64,000 nt of DNA from an uncultured Verrucomicrobiae bacterium. Lineage in GTDB: Bacteria > Verrucomicrobiota > Verrucomicrobiia > Chthoniobacterales > UBA10450. Where the stretch lies: NCBI GenBank assembly GCA_963805485.1, contig CAWDUN010000001.1, forward strand, positions 184,494 to 248,493, written 5' to 3'. Positions within the stretch are counted from its first letter, which is position 1, and every line of letters starts with the position of its first letter. Below are positions 17,214 through 26,416 of this stretch, piece by piece. A program made the translations under genes and the position numbers. The notes below the pieces were generated by a model, which saw only the letters and a program-made list of their open reading frames with translations, was not told the origin of the DNA and ran no database searches.

Positions 17214-17244
17214 CTTGAATCGCCGAACTGAAAATCCGCAATTT
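17214..17244 (+). promoter_or_regulatory. putative sigma-32-type heat-shock promoter
   Basis: CTTGAAT, 15-nt spacer, CCGCAATTT, compared with consensus CTTGAAA-N13-17-CCCCATNT. AAGGAG lies at 17248-17253 and the hsp20 ATG at 17267. Confidence 0.3.
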
Positions 17245-17266
17245 AAGAAAGGAGATTTCAAAAATC

Positions 17267-17722
17267 ATGAATCTAATTCGTTATCACGCTCCCGAATCGG
17301 CGCCATGGCCGGCGTTGGATCGCTGGAGCAACCTTCGGGACGAGTTGAACTCGTTCTTTGAGATGCCGCTCTCGTCTGGCCGCGCAAGTCAGCTTTTTAC
17401 CGGCTGGTCACCTGCACTCGATCTTTACGAGAGTGGCGATCATTTCGTGGCCGTCGTCGAGTTGCCCGGAATGCATAAGGAAGACATCGACATTTCTTTG
17501 CATGACGGGACGCTGACAATCAGCGGCGAACGCAAACATGAGAGCAACAACGGCGAAACGGCTCAGCGCACTGAACGCTACGTCGGCACATTCCGCCGCA
17601 GCATCGCGCTGCCGAACCGTGTGAATGCCAACAAGGTTAGCGCCACCTACGAGGATGGAATTCTCAGGGTGACATTGCCTAAAGCTGAGGAAGCGAAACC
17701 GAAACAAATCAAGGTGAGCTAA
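17267..17722 (+). CDS. Hsp20/alpha-crystallin family small heat-shock protein
   Basis: 151 aa, canonical sHSP core (WSPALDLYESGDHFVAVVELPGMHKEDIDISLHDGTLTISGERK...ATYEDGILRVTLPK). Confidence 0.85.
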   Translation: MNLIRYHAPESAPWPALDRWSNLRDELNSFFEMPLSSGRASQLFTGWSPALDLYESGDHFVAVVELPGMHKEDIDISLHDGTLTISGERKHESNNGETAQRTERYVGTFRRSIALPNRVNANKVSATYEDGILRVTLPKAEEAKPKQIKVS

Positions 17723-17746
17723 ACAGAAACTGAAAGGAATTTATCG

Positions 17747-18118
17747 ATGAACACTCTAACCCGAGAAACTCGCGAATCTGATCGCAGCCAGTCGGAGCAG
17801 TTTATTACGCCGCCGGCCAGCGTCAGAGAAATTGGTGATGGCTACACGCTCGAGATCGAGATGCCTGGCGTAAGAAAAGACGGCCTCGAGATTTCCGTCG
17901 AAAGCAACGAGCTGACAATTATTGGTCGGCGTTCGCTTCCGGCAGTGGAAGGAACGCTGATTCATCGCGAATCGCGCCCGGAAAATTTCCGGCGTGCGTT
18001 CGAGATTGATCCATCAATCGACGCCAACAAAATTAGCGCGAAGATTGATCAGGGTCTCGTGACGTTGGTTCTGCCTAAGGCCGAGCACGTCAAGCCCCGC
18101 AAGATCACTGTGTCGTAA
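17747..18118 (+). CDS. Hsp20/alpha-crystallin family small heat-shock protein (short form)
   Basis: 123 aa (GDGYTLEIEMPGVRKDGLEISVESNELTIIGRR...AKIDQGLVTLVLPK). Lies 24 nt downstream of the previous hsp20. Confidence 0.8.
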   Translation: MNTLTRETRESDRSQSEQFITPPASVREIGDGYTLEIEMPGVRKDGLEISVESNELTIIGRRSLPAVEGTLIHRESRPENFRRAFEIDPSIDANKISAKIDQGLVTLVLPKAEHVKPRKITVS

Positions 18119-18144
18119 ACGAATCAGGATCGTCGAAGTTTTAA

Positions 18145-18175
18145 GGCGCGAGCACCGTGCTCGCGGCCTTTTTGT
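18145..18175 (+). terminator. intrinsic terminator after the hsp20 pair
   Basis: GGCGCGAGCA ccg TGCTCGCGGCC followed by TTTTTGTT. The stem is 8 perfect bp, plus 2 more across a bulge. Confidence 0.65.
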
Positions 18176-18248
18176 TGCTGTTGATCGACGGCTATCGCTT
18201 TTGTGCTTGGCGAACGCTCGCGTGCGTCGTAGTTAAATTCTTCCAGAT

Positions 18249-19286
18249 ATGGCGACAAAAACCGAAGAACGAACAGCCGGTGATAAACTGGCTGCTGCGC
18301 GAAATAAAAATCTGGACCTGGCGATCCAACAGATCGCGAAAGACTATGGCGAAGGTGCCATCATGCGTTTGGGCGCGGAAAAAATCGTCGATATCGATGT
18401 CATTCCGACCGGAAACCTTCTGATCGACCGCGCACTGGGGGTCGGTGGATTTCCCCGCGGGCGAATAGTCGAAATCTTCGGCCCCGAATCATCCGGCAAA
18501 ACGACGCTTGCACTTACAGTCATTGCTCAGGCGCAAAAGCACGGCGGCCTCGCAGCATTTATCGACGTCGAACACGCGCTGGATCCCGCCTACGCAAAAA
18601 GACTGGGCGTTAATCTTGATGACTTGCTGGTCTCCCAGCCCAGTTCCGGTGAGGAAGCTCTGCGAATATGCGAGACGCTCGTGCGCTCCAATGCGCTGGA
18701 CGTCATTGTACTGGATTCCGTGGCGGCGCTGGTGACCAGAGCGGAGTTGGAAGGCGAAATCGGGGATACGACCGTCGGCGCGCAGGCTCGCTTGATGAGC
18801 GCCGCATTGCGCAAGCTCACGTCGCTGATTTCGAAAGCGCGGACCTGCTGCATCTTCACAAATCAAATCCGCGAAAAAATTGGTGTGATGTTTGGAAACC
18901 CGGAGACCACTCCTGGCGGAAAAGCTTTAAAGTTTTACGCCAGTATGCGGGTTGATATCCGCCGAATCGGAGCAATTAAGCAGACGGATGGCGTTGTCAC
19001 GGGTAACCGCACCCGCGTCAAAGTGGTGAAGAACAAGGTAGCGCCGCCATTCACCGAGGCGGAGTTCGACATCATGTACAACGAGGGAATTTCGTCAGTC
19101 GGCGCTCTTCTCGACGTCGCGTTAGAACAACAGATCATCGAAAAACGGGGTTCCTGGTTAAATTATAAAGGGACGCAGCTTGCGCAGGGCCGGGACGCCG
19201 CAAAAGAGGTTTTGAAGAACGACAAGGCGCTTTACGACGAGATCGAGGCTGCGGTGAAAGTGAAGCTGGACGAAGAGAAGGAGTAA
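18249..19286 (+). CDS. recA: recombinase RecA
   Basis: 345 aa, Walker [10 protein letters not shown], canonical RecA sequence throughout. Confidence 0.97.
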   Translation: MATKTEERTAGDKLAAARNKNLDLAIQQIAKDYGEGAIMRLGAEKIVDIDVIPTGNLLIDRALGVGGFPRGRIVEIFGPESSGKTTLALTVIAQAQKHGGLAAFIDVEHALDPAYAKRLGVNLDDLLVSQPSSGEEALRICETLVRSNALDVIVLDSVAALVTRAELEGEIGDTTVGAQARLMSAALRKLTSLISKARTCCIFTNQIREKIGVMFGNPETTPGGKALKFYASMRVDIRRIGAIKQTDGVVTGNRTRVKVVKNKVAPPFTEAEFDIMYNEGISSVGALLDVALEQQIIEKRGSWLNYKGTQLAQGRDAAKEVLKNDKALYDEIEAAVKVKLDEEKE

Positions 19287-19290
19287 TGCC

Positions 19291-19340
19291 GTAGCACAGC
19301 CATTCCGGTTTTGTGGCCGGCAGGCTCTCGCCTGCCGAAT
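19291..19340 (+). repeat. REP-like element (type E, GTAGCACAG family)
   Basis: GTAGCACAGCCattccGGtTtTGTGGCCGGCAGGCtctcGCCTGCCGAAT. Two hairpins. It accounts for the spurious N-terminal extension of the alaS ORF in the track. Confidence 0.6.
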
Positions 19341-19418
19341 TTACCTGACAGTTTAAGCGTGCATCGCTTTGGTGGCGGTTTCAGGTTTCCTGAAATTTGT
19401 GTTTATTCGTCATTGCCC

Positions 19419-22280
19419 ATGACCTCGACTGAGATACGGCAATCATTTCTCGATTTCTTCCAGGAGAAAAGGCACACCATTGTGCCATCGTCGTCGCTTC
19501 TGCCCGACGCGCCGAATCTGCTGTTCACGAACGCCGGCATGAATCAATTCGTGCCGATTTTTCTCGGGCAACAAAAGCCTCCATGGAAACCCCCGCGCGT
19601 CGCTGACACGCAAAAATGCATCCGCGCCGGAGGAAAACATAACGATCTTGAAGACGTCGGCCTCGACACGTATCACCACACGTTTTTCGAAATGCTCGGC
19701 AACTGGAGCTTTGGCGATTATTTCAAGAAAGAAGCAATCGAATGGGCTTGGGAATTACTAGTCGAACGCTGGAAATTTCCTGCGCAACGTCTTTACGCGA
19801 CCGTTTACCAGCCGGGCCTTGGCGAGCCGAGCGAGTTCGATCAGGAAGCGTACGATTACTGGGCGCGTTTGTTTCGCGAAGCCGATCTTGATCCAAAAGT
19901 TCACGTTCTCAGCAGCGGGAAAGCCGACAATTTCTGGATGATGGGCGATACGGGTCCGTGCGGGCCATGCTCGGAGGTGCACATAGATTTGACGGCAGAC
20001 GGCGACACGCGTGGCGCGCTCGTGAACAAAAATGATCCTCGCTGCATCGAGATCTGGAATTTGGTTTTCATTCAGTTCAATGCCAACCCGGACCGCTCAT
20101 TCACGCCTTTACCCCAACGACACGTCGATACCGGGATGGGTTTCGAGCGCGCCGTCGCAATCATTCAAGGCACCAGGAATCTCACCAATTTTTCCGGGAC
20201 GACTTCGAATTACGAGACGGACGTTTTCCGCCCGATTTTCGACGAGCTGGAAAAACTTAGCGGCAAGAAATACGCCAGCACGCTGCCGGATGTAGGGCGT
20301 CTCTGTGAGACGCCGGCGGCTGACACAGCCGCCCTACAAAATCAGAATGAGCAGGAAAAGATTGACGTCGCTTTCCGCGTCATCGCAGATCACATTCGCG
20401 CGCTTTCGTTCGCCATCGCTGACGGAATCATTCCTTCCAATGAAGGTCGCGGTTATGTTTTGCGGCGGATTCTGCGTCGCGCAGTCCGCTACGGACGCAC
20501 GTTGGGTTTTCACGAGCCCTTTTTTTATAAACTTGTTGACGTCGTGGCCAAAACGATGGGCGACGTTTTTCCAGAACTCCGGACGCAGCAATCAAAAGTC
20601 ACAGAAATAATTCACCGCGAGGAAGAATCATTTAACAGAACCCTCGATAAAGGAATCGACGTATTCAATCATTTCGTCACCTTTGTGTCGGAGCCGACGG
20701 GCACAGGGACCGAACCCGGCTGGGTCGGTAGTCGTCAACTGAGTGGAACGGCGGCTTTCACTCTCTACGATACTTACGGCTTTCCGCTGGATCTCACCGA
20801 ACTGATAGCGCGCGAGCGCGGGCTCACTGTGGATGTTGCAGGATTCGAAAGGTTGATGGACGAACAGCGTGAGCGCGCGCGCAAAGCGCAAAAGAAGGAG
20901 GAAATCAGTGTTGAAGAGGGCGAACTCGGAATCGAGCCAACCAAATTTCTTGGATACGATTTTCTCGAGACCGAGGCAGTCGTTGAGACCGTTCTGCCAG
21001 GCAAAAAAAGCGACGAGGTTAATGTCGTTCTGGATCGGACGCCTTTCTACGCGGAGATGGGCGGGCAGGTCGGCGACCGAGGATTGCTTCACGTTCCGGG
21101 ACACGATAGGACTGAAGTTGGTCAATTGCGCGTGACCAATACGCAAAAGCGGGGGGACGTGTTTGTTCATTGTGCGCAGGTCATCGAGGGTCGCGCACCA
21201 GAGCCGGGCGAGGCGGTCCGCATCTCGGTTGATGCTGATCGACGCAAATTGATTCAGGGACATCACACGGTCACACATTTGTTGCATTGGGCATTGCACG
21301 AAGTTGTCTCGCGCGATGCTTCGCAAAAAGGTAGCTACGTCGGTCCCGATAAATTGACGTTCGATTTTTCGAGTGCGCCGCTCACGCCCGAGGAAAAACG
21401 CGACGTTGAAGAACTGGTGAACGAAAAAATTTCCGAAAATGCGCCGGTTTCGTGGAGCGAAATTCCATTCGCCGAGGCAAAACAGCGCAAAGACATCATT
21501 CAATTCTTCGGCGACAAATACGGCGACACGGTTCGCGTGCTGCAAATCGGCGGAGCGCCTCGGGCACTCAACGGTTATTCAATGGAGCTCTGCGGAGGCA
21601 CCCATGTGTCATCGACAGCTGAGATCGGGCCGTTCCGTATTGTGAAAGAAGAAGCCATCGCGGCGGGAACGCGACGCATTGAAGCAGTCGCCGGCGACGC
21701 GGCTCGAGACTGGGCGAATCAAGAAGCGGCGCGACAAAAGGAGAAGTTTGAGACGCTCGCGCGAAAGAAGCCAGGCCTCCCTGCGCTGCCGAGTATGCAA
21801 GAGGATGCGACGACAGCCGAAATGCTGAAACAAATCGATGCGCGCGCGGCGCATCTTGAAAAAGTAGATGCGGAGGTTCGCGAGTGGGAAAAGAAAACAG
21901 CCAAATCTGCGGAGTCAGAACTGAAGACCAGGGCTGCTCAAATCGCCGGCGAACTGGCGGGACCGCACGCTGGAGAAAATTTCTGCGTCGCGGAAGTTCT
22001 GGACGTGGATGGAAAACTCCTCCAGGCAGTTGTGGATGCATTGAGGTCTAAATTTAAAGGACCGATTTTTCTTGCCGGCACGCGAGACGGATCCGTCGCT
22101 TTAGTTGCGTATGTGCCTAACGAACTCACCTCGAAATTTCAGGCAAACAAGTTGATCCAACAGATTGCGGCGATTGTGGGCGGAAAAGGCGGCGGACGTC
22201 CGGAAAGCGCGCAAGGCGCTGGCAAAGACGCAAGCAAGCTTAACGAGGCGCTTGCTAAGGCGCGTGAGCTTCTGAGTTAA
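19419..22280 (+). CDS. alaS: alanine--tRNA ligase
   Basis: Start moved to ATG 19419 (MTSTEIRQSFLDFF). Motifs FTNAGMNQF, WSFGDYFK, FRVIADHIR, the editing-domain HHTVTHLLH, and a C-terminal DHHA1-like part. Confidence 0.95.
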   Translation: MTSTEIRQSFLDFFQEKRHTIVPSSSLLPDAPNLLFTNAGMNQFVPIFLGQQKPPWKPPRVADTQKCIRAGGKHNDLEDVGLDTYHHTFFEMLGNWSFGDYFKKEAIEWAWELLVERWKFPAQRLYATVYQPGLGEPSEFDQEAYDYWARLFREADLDPKVHVLSSGKADNFWMMGDTGPCGPCSEVHIDLTADGDTRGALVNKNDPRCIEIWNLVFIQFNANPDRSFTPLPQRHVDTGMGFERAVAIIQGTRNLTNFSGTTSNYETDVFRPIFDELEKLSGKKYASTLPDVGRLCETPAADTAALQNQNEQEKIDVAFRVIADHIRALSFAIADGIIPSNEGRGYVLRRILRRAVRYGRTLGFHEPFFYKLVDVVAKTMGDVFPELRTQQSKVTEIIHREEESFNRTLDKGIDVFNHFVTFVSEPTGTGTEPGWVGSRQLSGTAAFTLYDTYGFPLDLTELIARERGLTVDVAGFERLMDEQRERARKAQKKEEISVEEGELGIEPTKFLGYDFLETEAVVETVLPGKKSDEVNVVLDRTPFYAEMGGQVGDRGLLHVPGHDRTEVGQLRVTNTQKRGDVFVHCAQVIEGRAPEPGEAVRISVDADRRKLIQGHHTVTHLLHWALHEVVSRDASQKGSYVGPDKLTFDFSSAPLTPEEKRDVEELVNEKISENAPVSWSEIPFAEAKQRKDIIQFFGDKYGDTVRVLQIGGAPRALNGYSMELCGGTHVSSTAEIGPFRIVKEEAIAAGTRRIEAVAGDAARDWANQEAARQKEKFETLARKKPGLPALPSMQEDATTAEMLKQIDARAAHLEKVDAEVREWEKKTAKSAESELKTRAAQIAGELAGPHAGENFCVAEVLDVDGKLLQAVVDALRSKFKGPIFLAGTRDGSVALVAYVPNELTSKFQANKLIQQIAAIVGGKGGGRPESAQGAGKDASKLNEALAKARELLS
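20292..20337 (+). repeat. REP-like GTAG...CTAC double hairpin (type C) lying in frame inside alaS
   Basis: GTAG GGCGTCTC tgt GAGACGCC GGCGGCTG aca CAGCCGCC CTAC. Both stems are perfect 8-mers. It starts on a codon boundary and encodes VGRLCETPAADTAAL. Confidence 0.6.
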
Positions 22281-22301
22281 GGCGAGAGCCTATAAGAACG
22301 G

Positions 22302-22400
22302 TTGTCATTCTGAGCGGAACGAAGAATCTCGGATTGATTTTCGGACTAGATTTTCGCAAGGAAATGGATCAGAGATCTTTCGCTTCGCTCAAGATGACAG
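22302..22400. repeat. MITE-like palindromic element (family A, GTCATTC(C/T)GAGCG...)
   Basis: TGTCATTCTGAGCGGAACGAAGAATCTCGG ... CAGAGATCTTTCGCTTCGCTCAAGATGACA. The arms are reverse complements. Lies just after alaS. Confidence 0.75.
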
Positions 22401-22417
22401 CGCGGCTTATGAATGCG

Positions 22418-23314
22418 CTACGGTGTGCTCGAGCTCGGCGTTCGCGCGTGTTTCACCAGCACCTTTAGATTTTTGCCGTCCAGCGACATCCGGTAAATTG
22501 ACGGCTGTCTTTCGTTTTCCTTTTGAATGAGGCAAAGGAACTCGTTGGCACTTAGCCAAAACGGTTCCCAAACATAGTCATCTTTGCCCGTAATGCGCAC
22601 CGCCTTGTCACCGCTGAGATCGAGTTTTTCTATCGCCGGCTGCGGACCATCCCAGTTTTTTCGCTCATGCTCCGAACCGCAATCGACATCCATCAGCAGC
22701 GCGCTGCCGTCCGGCGAAACGCTAAGTCGATCACCGCTGTTCATGCTCGCATTAGTCAAAATCTTCGAGAGCTCCCATTTCTTCAAAACGTTTCCATCGA
22801 GATCGATGTGGTAAATGTTGTCGAGATCGTGACAGAAAATGGATTTGCCATCGCGCGCCCATTCCGGCGCGCCAAACGCGTCAGTCTTTAGCTCTGCATT
22901 CTTCACAAGCCGAAACCCGGAGCCGTCGGCGTTCACCAGGCCAAGGTGCCACGCATTCTCTGTCATTATTGAAAAAGCGAGCTGTTTTCCGTCCGGCGAC
23001 CAGACGGGCCCGTAACAATTGTCGCTCGGAACATTTGGTACAACCGTGACTTTGCCGCTGGCAACGTCGGCGATTGCAATGTGACGTTCCGGACCGGAAC
23101 GATTCTTCGCGTCGCCTTCGGTGTTAAACGCGAGGCGTGTGCCGTCCGGCGAAATTTCTGGCCAGCCACCATCTGCAATTTTCTTTGAATGCGTGCCGTC
23201 GGCGTCGGCAACGAAGATCTTTCCGTCGCGATCGTATGCGATTTTCCGTTCCGCGGCGTTAACGAGCGCGGAAAACGCGAAACAAACAAAGATCGCAACA
23301 ATAAATTGTTTCAT
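22418..23314 (-). CDS. secreted PD40/TolB-like beta-propeller repeat protein
   Basis: Start moved to ATG 23314 (MKQFIVAIFVCFAFSALVNA). Recurrent SPDG motifs (ISPDGTRLAF, WSPDGKQLAF, VSPDGSALL). Confidence 0.65.
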   Translation of the reverse strand: MKQFIVAIFVCFAFSALVNAAERKIAYDRDGKIFVADADGTHSKKIADGGWPEISPDGTRLAFNTEGDAKNRSGPERHIAIADVASGKVTVVPNVPSDNCYGPVWSPDGKQLAFSIMTENAWHLGLVNADGSGFRLVKNAELKTDAFGAPEWARDGKSIFCHDLDNIYHIDLDGNVLKKWELSKILTNASMNSGDRLSVSPDGSALLMDVDCGSEHERKNWDGPQPAIEKLDLSGDKAVRITGKDDYVWEPFWLSANEFLCLIQKENERQPSIYRMSLDGKNLKVLVKHARTPSSSTP

Positions 23315-23318
23315 GCCT

Positions 23319-23447
23319 TCACCTGGTGCCGTCGAGATTGCATATCCAGACAGCCTGTTCGCGTTCAAATGCGATGTGGCGATTGTCGCAAAAAACTGAG
23401 GCGTGAGGTGCTGCGAGCGCAAAGAGGAGGAGGATCGCTCTTTTCAT
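23319..23447 (-). CDS. 42-codon ORF: signal peptide plus first beta-strand, duplicating the N-terminus of the downstream PD40 protein
   Basis: MKRAILLLFALAAPHASVFCDNRHIAFEREQAVWICNLDGTR*. Its ATG overlaps the TGA of the upstream DUF3667-like gene (ATGA at 23447-23444). HIAFEREQAVWICNLDGT aligns with KIAYDRDGKIFVADADGT of the next gene. Confidence 0.3.
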   Translation of the reverse strand: MKRAILLLFALAAPHASVFCDNRHIAFEREQAVWICNLDGTR

Positions 23448-24628
23448 GGCAATACAAGCGTGACGAAAAATGTGGCGGCGAGGGCCAATACGAGGACCAG
23501 CAGATACACAAAGCCGCCGAAAAGGAATTTGAAAATAGTGACGAACCAGCCCTGGCGGTAAACGTACCGGATGGACAGGAAAATTTGCGTCACAAACGCG
23601 ATCCATAGGAACGCAATCAGCCATCCTGCAATTGCACCGGGAGCAAAACGAGTAAGCCCAATGGTCAGCAGCACAATCAGCATGACCGCGGCGTAGAAGA
23701 AGCTGTGGATATGCAATGCGTAAATCAAATGGTCGATATAAAAGATTCGCCGCCGGACATAGAGAATTTTCAATACAAGAGCGAAGAGCGGGATGCAGCA
23801 CAGCATCATGTAGGGCAGGTTGCTGAACAGGGTGCTGATAAACAGTCCCATTTTCGTTCCCTGTTCACCCATCTTCTCTTTCGCGCGAGCCTCGATCCAC
23901 CGTTCGAACGGCGTGGTCGACTTCGCGTCGTCAAAAACAACGAATGGTCGATCTCCGACTGGTCCGTAGGTTTGCTGACTCGATCCGGCTGTTGGCGATG
24001 CGCCCGGCGCTGCTGTAGGTGACGAAGTTCTTTCGGGCCTTGGCGTTGTCATCGCAGAAGACGTTGGCTTCGTCAGATAATCCAGCGCTTTCTGCGCTTT
24101 TCGCCGTTGCTCCGGGGTGAGGTTTTCATTTTTCAATTCCGCTTCAATCTCGCCGCGTTTGTCTGCGATTGCCGCGGCAACCTCCGCCCGTTTTTCGTCG
24201 GGAAATTTTGTTGGATCGATCCGTATCCCTTTTGCTCCGTAGTTTACGGCAAAGAAGAACAAGATGCTGGCAAGCAGATACAGCCGCAGGGGGTTCACGT
24301 AGCGGACACGCTTCCCGGCCAGAAACTCGTTCGTTAGGCGCCACGGCTTTAAGATGAGAAGCGCGATAGTCGTGAAGAACTTTGAATCCCAATTGAGGAA
24401 TTCATTTAGTAGATCAGCGACAACGTACCGGAAAGAACGGCGGTACTCGATGGCTGGTTGGCCGCATTTCGCGCACCAGTGCCCCTGCAGTTCGGCGCCG
24501 CAGTTCTCACAATGCGTCAGCGATGGACCCGTCTCTTGCCCTCGGCCTGACCGGTGCTCACCCCCGGTTTTCTCGAATGTGCTAATCGCAATGTCGCCGA
24601 GAATAATTTTTGCCGGTTCGTCAGACAT
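23444..24628 (-). CDS. DUF3667-like zinc-ribbon membrane protein
   Basis: CENCGAELQGHWCAKCGQP zinc ribbon, the conserved RSFRYVVADLLNEFLNWDSKFFTTI...NPLRLYL segment, and several C-terminal TM helices. Confidence 0.6.
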   Translation of the reverse strand: MSDEPAKIILGDIAISTFEKTGGEHRSGRGQETGPSLTHCENCGAELQGHWCAKCGQPAIEYRRSFRYVVADLLNEFLNWDSKFFTTIALLILKPWRLTNEFLAGKRVRYVNPLRLYLLASILFFFAVNYGAKGIRIDPTKFPDEKRAEVAAAIADKRGEIEAELKNENLTPEQRRKAQKALDYLTKPTSSAMTTPRPERTSSPTAAPGASPTAGSSQQTYGPVGDRPFVVFDDAKSTTPFERWIEARAKEKMGEQGTKMGLFISTLFSNLPYMMLCCIPLFALVLKILYVRRRIFYIDHLIYALHIHSFFYAAVMLIVLLTIGLTRFAPGAIAGWLIAFLWIAFVTQIFLSIRYVYRQGWFVTIFKFLFGGFVYLLVLVLALAATFFVTLVLP

Positions 24629-24731
24629 AAAGCAGCAATGCTACAGAACTATTTTACTTACGTCGACTCGGCACAAGCACGTACAGCCTGGCGTCCAGTC
24701 AAAGCTTTGGATTGACCACGCGAATTGCTTT

Positions 24732-26354
24732 ATGGGACGATCTCGCGCGGTGGCACTTCAACTGTTTACGACCAAAAATCCGGATCACCTCATCGCCGAA
24801 GCAGAGGCGCCGGACCGCCAGATGAAACGTACGCTCACCGCATTCGATCTCACATGCATCGGAATCGGCGCTGTCATTGGGACGGGAATTTTCGCGCTTA
24901 TTGGTACTGCAATTGCCGGTCAGACCTTTCCGACACGGCTAGAGACGCCCGTTCTGAATTTTTTCCAGGCTTGGTTTTCGGGAACTGATGTTGTTCTCGG
25001 CCGGTCTGGCGCTGGACCGGCGATCGCCATTTCGCTCTTGGTGGCCGCGTTGGCTTGTGGGTTCGCCGCGCTTTGTTATGCCGAGCTTGCCTCGATGATC
25101 CCAGTGTCAGGCTCCGCTTATACTTATTCATACGCGACTTTGGGTGAGATCGTAGCGTGGGTCATCGGTTGGGATTTAATCCTGGAATATGCGGTCGGGA
25201 ACATGGCGGTCGCGGTCGGTTGGTCCGGGTATTTCGTGAAGCTGTGCCACAGTCTTTTTGGGCTGAAATTTCCCATCTGGGCCGTGAACGACTACCGCAC
25301 GGCCAGTGACTTGATCGCAAAGGGTGGCGACACGTTGAAAGATTTTTCTTCGACAACCCTGCCCACTATTGCCGGTCATCCGATTGCCCTGAACTTTCCC
25401 GCTTTGATGATCGTCGCAGCTGTCACCGCCCTTTTGATTCACGGAATTCGCGAGAGCGCAAAGACCAATACGATGATCGTCATTATCAAAGTGGCTGTCG
25501 TGGTCTTCTTCATTTCCTTTGGCGCTTTCATGGTGCATCCGACGAACTGGCATCCATATGTGCCGAACGGGTTCGCGGGCGTGATGAGCGGCGCAGCCAT
25601 CATTTTCTTCGCTTTCATTGGTTTCGACGCGGTTTCGACCACGGCTGAGGAAACAAAAAATCCACGGCGCGACATGCCCATCGGGATCATTGCCAGTCTG
25701 ATCATTTGTACACTGCTTTATGTGCTGATGGGTACGGTGTTGGCCGGCATTAAAAAATATACGATCTACCTCGGCGATCCGGCAGCCGCCGCCACTGCTT
25801 TTGCAAGCAAGCCGTGGGCGGAAGCATTGATCAGCGCCGGAGCGCTCGCCGGGATGACCTCAGTGTTGCTCGTTTTCCAACTCGGCCAGCCGCGGATTTT
25901 TATGGCGATGGCCCGCGACGGTTTGCTTCCGCAATATTTTGCTCGAATTCATCCCCGCTTCCGCACTCCGCACGTGACTACAATCTGGACCGGCGTGATC
26001 GTCGGTGGAGTAGCGATGCTGGCCGACATCGGTTCCCTTGCAGATCTGACCAACATCGGAACTTTGTTCGCCTTCATTCTTGTTTGCCTGGGCGTGGCTA
26101 TTTTGCGACGAACCGATCCACTGCGTCCGCGGCCGTTTCGCGTTCCCCTTGTTCCGGTGTTTCCGATCGTTGGTATAATCTTGTGCCTGGCCCTTATGCT
26201 TAGCCTGCCAGTACTCACTTGGCTTCGTTTTTTCGTCTGGCTGGTGATCGGGCTCGTGATTTATTTCTTGTACAGTGTGCGGCACAGCAAACTTCGGCGT
26301 GGAATCGACGTTGGCGAGACGGAAGACACTCCTCCGCCGATCATCAAGACGTAG
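24732..26354 (+). CDS. APC-superfamily amino-acid permease (cationic amino-acid transporter-like)
   Basis: Start moved to ATG 24732. Contains LTAFDLTCIGIGAVIGTGIFAL and GFDAVSTTAEETKNPRRDMP. More than 12 TM helices. Confidence 0.85.
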   Translation: MGRSRAVALQLFTTKNPDHLIAEAEAPDRQMKRTLTAFDLTCIGIGAVIGTGIFALIGTAIAGQTFPTRLETPVLNFFQAWFSGTDVVLGRSGAGPAIAISLLVAALACGFAALCYAELASMIPVSGSAYTYSYATLGEIVAWVIGWDLILEYAVGNMAVAVGWSGYFVKLCHSLFGLKFPIWAVNDYRTASDLIAKGGDTLKDFSSTTLPTIAGHPIALNFPALMIVAAVTALLIHGIRESAKTNTMIVIIKVAVVVFFISFGAFMVHPTNWHPYVPNGFAGVMSGAAIIFFAFIGFDAVSTTAEETKNPRRDMPIGIIASLIICTLLYVLMGTVLAGIKKYTIYLGDPAAAATAFASKPWAEALISAGALAGMTSVLLVFQLGQPRIFMAMARDGLLPQYFARIHPRFRTPHVTTIWTGVIVGGVAMLADIGSLADLTNIGTLFAFILVCLGVAILRRTDPLRPRPFRVPLVPVFPIVGIILCLALMLSLPVLTWLRFFVWLVIGLVIYFLYSVRHSKLRRGIDVGETEDTPPPIIKT

Positions 26355-26416
26355 TCGTCCGCATTTTAGTCGCCGCTAATCCCGCTAAGGCCGTTGTTCG
26401 CGACGATTCTACTGGG

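Noticed and set aside
18176-18248. SOS/LexA box upstream of recA
   Set aside because: Only a half-site-like CGAACgctcGCGTG is present. There is no convincing palindrome of any LexA motif type I know (CTGT-N8-ACAG, GAAC-N4-GTTC, TGTTC-N4-GAACA).
19311-19418. N-terminal extension of alaS
   Set aside because: The extension translates a type E REP element. Canonical AlaRS begins at MTSTEIRQSF (19419).
20628-21545. 305-aa ORF antisense to alaS
   Set aside because: It lies entirely inside the strongly supported alaS frame, its composition is low-complexity and Arg-rich, and it has no recognisable motifs. This is typical of a stop-poor antisense frame in GC-rich coding DNA.
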